Shown one piece after another: positions 42,294 through 52,300 of a DNA stretch of 64,000 nucleotides; the first letter of the stretch is position 1; every line of letters begins with the position of its first letter. The DNA lies in contig JAIVFI010000006.1 in the NCBI GenBank assembly GCA_025558095.1, positions 372,001-436,000 on the forward strand, written 5' to 3'. The notes under the pieces were generated by a model, which was not told the origin of the DNA, ran no database searches, and saw only the letters and a list, made by a program, of their open reading frames with translations. Both the position numbers and the translations under genes were made by a program. This DNA comes from Hyaloraphidium curvatum SAG 235-1. Lineage: Eukaryota > Fungi > Monoblepharomycota.

Positions 42294-44859
42294 ATGGAGG
42301 TGTCCGCACCGCCGCGGGCGGCTCCTGGTCCGATGCCAGGCAGAGACTTCGGGAGCGAGGTCTGGTGTCCCCCGCGGCGCGGCCACTCCGGCACCTCCGT
42401 GACCGCCCGCCCGAATCAGATCCAGCCGCTGACGGCGGACAATCTGAGCCGATGGACGGAGGCGCAGGAAGAGTTCAGCGAGGAGCGCAGGCTGGCGTTC
42501 ATCATGCGATACGTGCGCGACCAGTCGGGGCTGCTCTCGGCGATGCCGCGGCCGCCGGAACCGGCGCCCGAAGCCAAGGCGAAGCACCTTCCGCCAGTGC
42601 CGGAAGTGCTCTCCAGCACCGAGAAGCCGGCGCGCAAGAACCTGGTCGCGGAGATGAAGCGCAAAGACGGGTCGACGCCGCCCTCGAACCCGACGCCGTG
42701 GGTGGCGGAACCGATTCGTTGCAATGGGCGGCTCACTCTTCCTTGCACCAAGCTTGAGGGACCGGCGCAATCGTCGGAACGAGAGCCCGCTTGTGTCGTC
42801 CGCAAAGCCGGCCCACAACATGAAGGACCAGGACAAGCCGAAGGAGACCTCCGCTCGCAAACCGGCCCGTGAGTTGGCCGTTGCTTACCGTCGGCGAAGC
42901 AATTGAAACCTGCCCCGCATAGGCAAATCCGGTCACCACCAGGCGCATTCGGTGCATTCCAGCACCAGCGAAGGGGATGCACGCAAGCACACCAGGCGGC
43001 GCCGCTCCCAGTCCCGGAAACCTGCCCGTGACTCGGCCTCGGAAGCCGAGAGCGCGCACAAGAGGCTGTACAATGCATCCGAGTCGGACGACGTGGAGGA
43101 TGACCCCGAGCGCACTCGGAAGAGAAAGAAGTCGGCGGCGAGGGAGGAGAAGAGAAAACCCGGACCGGCAAAGGCGGCGGGACGCAAGAAGTCCGACAAG
43201 ACCAAGGATGATGTAGGTTTGGTGCTGCAGGAGCCGGCGTTGCATCTCACAATCGTACCCACAGCGCTTCCAATCGCAGCTGGTGGCTTCCGGCGCCCGG
43301 CTCACGGTAAATGGAGGTCCTCATTGTTCTACGCCGCAGCTTAACCAGTGCATTGCAGATCCGGAAACCCAACCAGGAAGAAGAAGCCGACGGCGGAGCG
43401 TTCTTCCTTCGGGATCCCGTTATCTCCATCGCCAACAAGCTCGGCATCTTCAACAAGGGCAAAGCCTCGACCAAAGCCCTCGCTTCAGGTGCGCTTCAGT
43501 TGATATCATTTGCATGAACCGCTCAAATGTGCCTTCCTCTCGAAGCTCCAAGTTTGGCGTTCAATGAATCGAGGTTTCTTGGCGCGGCAACGGCACCACC
43601 GCAGCTTCCCCGACTTGATGCCGGAAAACGGTCAGAAGGCGCGCAAAGCAGGACGGCCGAGGCGTCAGAGAAGAAGGGAGCAGAGACGATCGGGGCCATC
43701 AGCCACTTCTTTGCATCCGCGGTCGAGAAGACCAAGGGGAGAAATGCGGAACCAGAGGCAGGCGAAGCCGTCGATGATGGCATCGAGCCTGGCTCGCTGC
43801 CTTCACCCCCTCGGAACGAACGAGCAGCTGCCCCCAAGAAAGATGCCGAGGACGACTCGCAGCCATCCCCGACGCATTCCTCGCAAAAGTCGGAGCCACG
43901 CCCCTCGCGGAAGGAAGCCGGCGCCATGCAAGTGGATACAACCGATCTGCATGCCCGCATGTCCCAGAGTCGGGAGCAGGGAGGCCACAACTCGAAGAAG
44001 CAGGCCGGTCAAGGTGAGCTAGTTTCGGGTTGCTTGGCATTGTGTTTTCTAGCAAGCCCCGCATCACAGATGCCGCGCAACCGCGGACGATCCCGCAACG
44101 TGATCACGACGCCCAAGCTGCAAACCATGCGGCCCGAAAGGACAAGGAGTCGTTGCCGATTCGCAGCCGCACCGTTCCAATCGACATGGAAGCCGTGGAC
44201 GATCTCTTGGAAACGATCGAGCAAGCGATGATCCCTGTGTCGAAGACTTTGGAGTGAGCAACCTCGTTGCATTTTCTTCACTGGATGCCAACTAATCCGC
44301 TCGCAGCACTGGACGCGACCTTGGTCAGGACGAGGACCCCGCGGATGCACCCGACGACGAACCGCACTACCTCCTTGGAGGGGAATACCTCGATCAGTCG
44401 TGCTACCACGATGCTTCTGGGCACCCCGCTGAGGAAGATTGGCGGAGAGACCCAGAGTTCACGGCCGCCCTCGATCGCGACGGATGGATGCGCCACAACA
44501 CCCCTGCGGGGACGGTTGCGGATCACGCCTACGAGCATCCCGCGGAAGAGCCTCACTGGGATGTCATGCTGGAAGGTGATGACTACGCGACAACCGGCGC
44601 AGCTTTCGATCAGCATCTTCGCGGATCATGGGAGCAGCAAGACGAATTGGCGATCGATCCAGAGTTCATCTCTGCCCTTCCCTGGAAAGCTGCCCAGCAA
44701 ACCCATGGCCGCCCTTTTGTCGGCCACGGATCGCACACGTCGGGGAGTGGCCGCGCGAGCTGGCGATCGTTCGCGGCTCTTTCCACCGACTCGCTCCCAA
44801 GGAGCCCCCGGCGCCGGACGTCGTCCGCTCCTTTCACAAGGCCCAATCCCCTCTACTGA
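42294..44859 (+). CDS. Uncharacterised low-complexity spliced protein; exon structure and 3' end uncertain
   Basis: Chain of charged ORFs separated by GT..AG segments; short motif 'LGIFNKGKAS'. Confidence 0.4.
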
Positions 44860-44944
44860 CACATGGACGGATCTTTTGTCGCTCTTTGTCACCCTAACGT
44901 TCTTTTGTTGTTGTTATGATGTATTTGCCCTGGCTGTTGATCCA

Positions 44945-46118
44945 CTATTTCTGAACCGTCTTCGCTCCGAACATCCTCGTCATTCCCGGTCCGGCAAACT
45001 GGATCGTCTGCTGGGCGTTCGTGTCCAAACGCTTCTGAATGAGAAGCAAGTCCAATCGCGTGGGCTCGTTCGCGATGATTTTGGCAAGCTGGGGCGTCAT
45101 CGGGTTGAGGTCCTCCTCGGACCACAGCGGAGGCTGGTTCAAGGCAGCGCGCTGCGCGTTCTCGGCCTTCCTCTTGGTGACGGTCTGCTGCACCCGCGAC
45201 TGTTCGCGGCCGACGTTGCGCTGCCACCCGGTCCACCGGTACATGTCCTGGCCCTGGTTCTCGACCTGCGAAGCAAATGTGAGTCCCGGTAGGCGGCCGC
45301 GCGCCCAGCACATCAACGCACTTCCTGGATCATGTTCTCCAGACGCGATTCCAGGTAGTTGTCGAAGGTCAGCTCCAGGTTGTCAAAGTTGGGCGACAGC
45401 GTCGTGGTTTCCTCCAAGTGACTGTCAAAAGTGGGACTGGGCACGGAGAGCCCGCTGATATCCGGCCGGCCGGCATCATACATGAGCTGCTGCATGAGGG
45501 CAGCTGCAAGGCTCGTGTTGTGGATCCGTACGGGCACCGGCTGGAAGACCTTGCTGAAGGTGAGCTTGTTGGCGACCAACGACTCCAGGCTAAAGCGGCC
45601 CGTCGTGGAGTCCGAGCGCATTTGCATGAACTTCGGGGTGAGGCGGTACGCGACGAGGCTCAGGTTGCCCAGGCGCGACGGGTCGTAGACGAGAACGACC
45701 GAGTGCGGGAAGGTCTTCTGGTACGTGTACTGGTCCTCCACGACGCCCGACTCGAAGAGCGCGGCATCGGCAGTGCGGTACCAGCCGCAGGTGTTGACGT
45801 CGTAGTTCATTTGCCGGAGCCGCTTCAGCATCGAGACCTGGTACTGCGACCCGTCCATGTCGTCGTAGTCAATCTCCCCGACCTCGAAATCGTCCCCGCC
45901 GCCCGAGGCCGTGAAGGGAAACGAGTGGGTGATCTGCAGGACGCCGTCATTGTCGACGCCCTGGATCTGGCCCGTGACCGTGGACGGCAGCGCCTCGCGG
46001 CAGTGCTTGATGATCCGCAGCGCCGCGAGCGCGTCCACCTGCACCTCCCGAATCTGGAAAAGATCCATTAGCAGGCATCGGTGCCTGATTCGCGCCGGCG
46101 CACCTCTGTCTCCTCCAT
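44945..46118 (-). CDS. EIF3H: Translation initiation factor eIF3 subunit h
   Basis: MPN domain 'VQVDALAALRIIKHC...GQIQG...LQITHSFPF', 'NTCGWY', 'VLVYDPS'; C-terminal 'EPTRLDLLL'; short first exon MEETE. Confidence 0.92.
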
Positions 46119-46312
46119 ATTTGCGGGGAAGAAAACGGTGTCCACGGGATTTCTTGCAGTCGACCCTGCACACACTCGTTTCACACACAGGTCCCGCTAC
46201 TCGAGCTTGCCGGAGTCGCCGCGTGCGAATTTGCAACCGCTAGAGCACAGTCTCCATCGCAAAAGGCGCGTGGTGCCTCCTGCGTCGCGTCGGGGAACGG
46301 CACGGCCAAAAC

Positions 46313-49300
46313 ATGCTTCTGAGCGGGCCAGAAACCGCGGTTCGGCTCAAGCAGACCGGCAAGCTTGGCCCGGACGAGATTGCTGCTGTACTCGCAATTC
46401 ACCGAACGACGTATTTCCGTTGGATCCGCCGATGTGGGGCTCAGACCGTTCCGGACCATCCCCGCAAGGCCTTCCGCAAGGTGTCCGAGGAAATGGTCCG
46501 GCACGTAGTTGACGAGGCCAAAGCTCGCGTCCGCGTGACGCAAAGGGAGCTCGCTGCTGACCTGGCGGAAAAGTTTGGCGTTTTGGTGTCGCAGCAGCAT
46601 ATCTCGCGGCTGCTGAAGGCCAACAGGGTCACGAGGAAGAAGCTCACCATTAAGAGCGCCGAAGCCCTGAAACAACCCGAGCGGCACCGCATGTTCCACG
46701 AGAGGGTCACTTCCTTTGATGTGGGGCGCCTAGGTGCCTTGGACGAGTCCTCATTCCAACTCAACGATCCGGGGCGCTTCGGCTACTCGGAGAAGGGGAC
46801 TCCCGCCGTCGTATACCTGCCAGGGAACCGGGGCCCCAAGGTGACCCTTTGCCTCGCCATCTCACCCACTCCGCGACCCGGTAATCACACTGGAAACGTG
46901 ATCTCGTACCAGATCTACAGCGGCAACATGAACACCGAGAGGTTCTGTGCTTTTCTCAAGACTATTCGCGCCGGGGCTTGTGGGTCCGAGTCCCTGGGCG
47001 TTATCCTGGACAATGCGGGTTTCCACGGCTCTCCTCTGCGGGCAAGGAAGACCACGGACGGCACGGCAATAATAAAGAACCTCTCAGGCAAGTCGTTCCT
47101 TGCGGTCCAGGCCGTAGCAAAGGCCAACAATCTGAGCCTCATCTACCTGCGACCGAGATCGCCGGAATTTAACCCGACCGAGTACGTGTTTGCCACGATC
47201 AAGAACCTCGTGAGGCGGGACTGCCCCAGGACGGTGCCGGATCTCGTCCGGTCCATCGAGAGGGCCATTCAAATCGTCGGCCACGGCGATCTGATGGCGA
47301 CGTTCCGGCACTGCTTGAAGCTAAGCGAGGCTGAGTTTGTGCGCATCGCGGAATCCGCGTCCGCCGGCAAATGTGTGGCGCGGAAGGTCACACTACAAGG
47401 TCAGATCTCTGCCTTTGCTTCTCCGGCTCCTCAGACGTGCCCTTCCGCGATGGAGGGCGCAGCAGCGACCCAGACCGAAGCAAACGCGGCCGAGCGGCTC
47501 GCTGAAGAGGTGGACTGCCATGACGGTTGCGCATCGGGCATGCAGACCGCGCTGACTCACGACAACGCCCACTCCGAGCAGGCTCGCAACCTCGGCGTCG
47601 CCCACATCAACCCGCACCAAAAGCACACTTTGCTGATCCTGAGGGAAGTTCTCCACGTCGATGGTTCGGCGAGGGAATTCTTTGGGCCGTGGAACGACTT
47701 CACGGACTCCGCTCAAAGGACCGCGGGCTTCGACGCTGCGGACGTCCTCGGGGGCCTCTCCAACCTCGGTGAAGCTCCTTTCGAGTTCATCTGTCAGCGG
47801 GTGGCATCGGGTCGGGGGTACAAGCTGGAGCGCGAGCTTTTCGTCGCGCGCCTCCGGAACATCGTCGCCCGGCGGCGCCGGGTCGCCCCCAGTCTGATCG
47901 GACCAGACGCACCGGCACCCCCCTTTTTCCGCCCCGCGGACGATGGCGCGGATCTGGGACCGCCGTCAGCCCCCGACGTCTCCATCTCCCAGCTGGATAA
48001 CCTCGCCCGCTATGCCGACGTCCCACCGGAACTTAACGTCTCGTTCAAGAAAGCCAGCCGCGCCGCGTTGAAACAGCTGTTTCCGCTCTCAGCCCTTGCA
48101 AACGACACCGTGCTGGACGAGAGGTTCGCCATCCTCCTATCGGGCCTTGTACGAAACGGTCGTGGACCAGAATGGCTACGTGCGCTCGCTGTTTCTCTCT
48201 GGGGACAGCTCGGCCCGGCCGGGAGGGCACGCATGGACAGCTTCGAAACATCCGAGACAGCACGTCGTGCTCTGCATTATGTTCACCAGCCCATTTCGAA
48301 GGTCTGTCGGTTGGAGTACCTCGAACGCGCGGCTTCGACCGAGTCTCTGCCAAGGAACCTTAGGCAGATACTGGAGGAAGCGTGCCGCACGCTGAAGGAC
48401 CAGCAGGGCCGCTCGCTTTTTGATGCGTCGCCCGGCCTGGAGTACTTCCTTGCTTCGCTCTCCCTCCCGCAGCGATGCAAGATAGTCATGGCGGCGCGTT
48501 TGCCGGATAGTGTGGCGAGTCGCAATGCGGAAGGGCGCAAGAGATTCTTCGATTGGGCGGTGTGGAACCCGATGGCGGCCAACGAGGAGGCCCTCGCCAT
48601 CGAGAATCCGGGTTCCGTTCCCGTGCTGGTGTGCAATCTCCTGTCGAGCAGCCCCGCAATCCCAAACTGATTTTTGCCCCGGCAGCTGCTTTCGTTCCCG
48701 GGCCTTTTCCAGATGAGCCCGGGCGTACCTGGACTGGATGCAGAGGGCGATAAGCTGCTGGCAACCCTGTTCCTGAAGGCGGAGCAGCTCGGGTGGGAAC
48801 ACTCTTCCATGGTGACGCTGCGGCTGCTGGAGTCGAGGCCCAAGATGCGCGATTTTACCCTGGACTTGTGCGGTATGCCCGCGCTGGTGCGCGGTAGCAA
48901 CCCCGAAGCACGGCAGGAGGCCGCGCGCACCGCGCTCGACGCCAAGCTCCACTTCCACGCGGAATCCGTTGGACTGCTGGACTTCGGCCGTATCCAGAAG
49001 CGGGATTGTCCGCTCTGTTCCTTCAGTGTGCAGGTGGAAGGCGAAGTCCCGGCGAAGGCTGGGCGGCGGCGCAAGGTCGCGGCGTCGGGGATGGTGGCTG
49101 ACGGAGCTGCGCGGGAGCGTGTCTATGACGCCGAGCTTCGGCTCCTCCACCACGTCAAGGGTGCGCACCTCACCTGCAGAGCGTGCCCGGGGAAGGGACA
49201 TCAGTTCGACCTCGAGAGTGAGTTCCGGCAGCATGTCGAGGAGAACCACCGTGGGGCGTGAGTTGCACCGCGCTTTCCATGCATGCCTGGGACCGATGCG

Positions 49301-52300
49301 AAGCTGACCGCCGCCGGGGACAGTTTGGTCGCCCCAAGGAATCTCACCACGTCGTTCGGCCAGTTCATTGCCAACGCACACTACATTGTCCCGTTCGCGT
49401 CGACAAACCTCAAAGCCAACATTCCTACGGGCCTCGGCGGCTCGTCCTGCCCTTTCTGTTTCGCCGGTGGCGGGAGGCACCGGCAGGAGTGCTCTCCGAA
49501 GCGGCGGTGGGTCGCGCTCAACGGCTTCCTCGCACTTGGCGACCCCCAGCACGAGCGATACAAGACGATGACGGAGCTGGCCGTCGAGTGGTTCCCGGCG
49601 GCCGAGGTGTGCCACCCATGGGCGCGGGGCCCGTACGAGCAAGTCGGGCCCCTCATCACCAAGGCCTGCACCCTCGCCGCCATCTTATTCAAGATCATCT
49701 GGACCAAGATCTTGTTGCAGATCCACAACAAAGAGCTCCCGGACCAAGACGGATCCGTCACGCAGGACATGCTCGCCAGCTTTCCCCCGTCTTACGTCGC
49801 AAAGATTGCCATCCACGCCGTGCTTGGTGCCGGCCAGATGTCCGCCGCTGTTGGAACCCGCCGCGCGGGAAAGCAGAAGTCGGCCGGGCTCGGTGCTGGG
49901 GCGAGATACTCGGGCCATTCGGGGGCGCCAGGAGTGGAGCAGCTTGTGGACGGCGGTCCGGACCTCGGAGCCAACGACGACGATCGAGACGAGGTGCTCG
50001 AGGACGTTGACTTCGAGGACGATGACGACGCGATGGCCGAGGACCAGGCCGGCGCCAAGATCTTGGCCGACTTCTTGCACGGCGAGCTGGATCAGATTGA
50101 GGACGAGGACTTGGTTACGGCTGAGGACACCCCCGATCTCTCGCAGGTTGCTGATCAGGGCGCACCGTCCGTTCTCACCGTCGCGGAGCACAACGCAGCG
50201 GCAAAGCTTGTCCGCAAGGCGGCCGTTGCTGCGTTTGCAGAGGCGCGGGAACTTGTGGGCGAGACGTACGACAAGCTCAGGCCGCTTTTCGTGCAGGGAC
50301 CTTTGCTCCGCTATGCCGAGCAGGTCGCTTTCAACCGAGCTCGAAGCGTGCCGCAGCGGCTGCTGACTGCGCTCAAGGTTCTCATCCGTCGCTTCCTACG
50401 CGGGGAGGTGAACGCGGGCGTCGGCCGGAGGCGGATTGGCCCGATCCTCAGCTACGCTCTGGCAAAGCTCGGATATGGGGACGACGACTTCTCCAATTTC
50501 CCGTTCGAAAGCGCATTTGGCTGTGGTCTCGCCGAGGCCACGGAGCTCAGGGTCGGGCTGGGGAGGCTCCTCCGGCCGTTCAGAGGCTTGCAGCTGAACC
50601 GGATCGTTGACCTCCGGGATTCAAAACAGAAGCCGCCGGTGCCGGCAACCGTTTCGCAGCGGAGGGTTATCGCTCGGGTCCTGCAGGACAAGCAGGCGGG
50701 CAACCCCGTGGCGGCCGCGGTGCGAACCGTGAACCTGCCGAAGGGCAAGCCGCGCGGAAAGGTCGACGCGGAAACGGAGGCGGTGCGCAGCTACCTCCAG
50801 AACATTTGGGAGACGCTGCCGCGGGCCTCACCTGCGGAGAAGGCTGACTTGCGAAAGGTGGAGCTGCAGGAGCTGAGGGACTGGGTGGTTGCAAACCGTC
50901 TACAGCTTCGGAGCATCCCCTTCCGCTACCCGGCCGTGACCACGGCAACGATTCGGTCGACAGAGCAGAAACCCAAGTTCTGGGTCCCCGAGCACGCCGA
51001 GGACATGAACGAGGCGGCGGCGGCGGCATTGGTGGGGCAGAACCGGCCCCACTGGGAAAGCGAGAAGCTTCTGGTGGCGCGGATGAGCGAGTATGACCTC
51101 GACAAGTGTCGTTCATCCACGAACCCCGCGGACGAAGCCTTCGGCTTCCAGATGTGCTTCATCGCCCTGCACGAGCTCGAAAAGCAGGACGAGGCGCTGA
51201 AGAAGAGGGCCGCGTCCGCGGCTGCTGCACTGCCGGAACCTGGAACGGCGCGGAGGACGAGCACCGCCAGGGACCCCGATTCAACCCCAACTTTCCCAAC
51301 CATTTCAACTGCTCCGGTCAAGGACAGGGAGGCTTCGAACAAGACCAGGAGGGCCCGCAACACGTGGCGGCCGCACCGCGTCGAGAAGCGGCATTACAGC
51401 AAGAATGGCTCCCCGAAGCGATGGCACGGGTTCGTCGTGAGCTTCCGTAAGCGCCGACCGCAGCCGGGGCCCGAGGGACTCGCCAAGAAGGAGACCATGG
51501 AGACGAAGCGGCGGGAGCGCAAGGCGGCCGCCGCCGCCGCGATGGCGGGGCTTGGCGCCGCCCAGACCGGCAAGGAAAAGGCAGCCTCGTGGGCGCGGCG
51601 GAAGCTTCGGGCTGCGGTCGCCGAAATCAGCTTGTCCCCCGTGACCGTCTACATCTCGGCCTCGGATCTGCCCGAGTTTTTGTCCAAGCTGGGCGTGGAG
51701 GTCGCGCCTGGCATCGACACCTCGCGCGTTGACTCGGACTACCTATTCGGCCACCTGCTCAACGGCGGCAACCAACTCGTCAACGAGGACCGGCTCTTCC
51801 GCCTCCGTCAGCAGGGCAAAGTCTCGGCCAGGGGCCATGCCGCCGCCACGCAGCCCATCTATCGTCGCACCGCGGACGTTCTGAGGTACTCCGGCGTCCG
51901 GGGCATCTATCATTGCGGCAGCACCCTGGGCATTCTTAACGAAGAAGTCTCCTTCGTGGAAAAGGTCTCGTTCCAGCAGTCGCAGCAGCAGGAGCGGCAA
52001 AACACGACACAGGACGTCGAGCCGCCAAAGCGCGCAGCGCATTCGCCAGCAGCCGCGCCGGCTCCTCCTGTTCAAACTCGGCCCACCGTCTCCGTTCCCG
52101 CCGCAGCTCATGTGCCCGCCGGTCTTGCTGCTTTCGAAGTGGATGTTTCGTTCCCTCGCGATGTTCCGATGGATCCCTACCCGCCGCTCTACACCGGTCC
52201 ATGGCTGCCAAACGGCGATCCGGACCCGCCGTGCGACATGGCTGTCTTCGATGGTGGGCATTTTGCTCAGTGACGCACGGGTTCGGAGGCTGATCGGATC

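Noticed and set aside
52238-52273. 'AVFDGGH' as the RuvC-I motif
   Set aside because: The GG lies across an intron donor (52254). The better RuvC-I candidate is VVDVDPN at 53081-53101.
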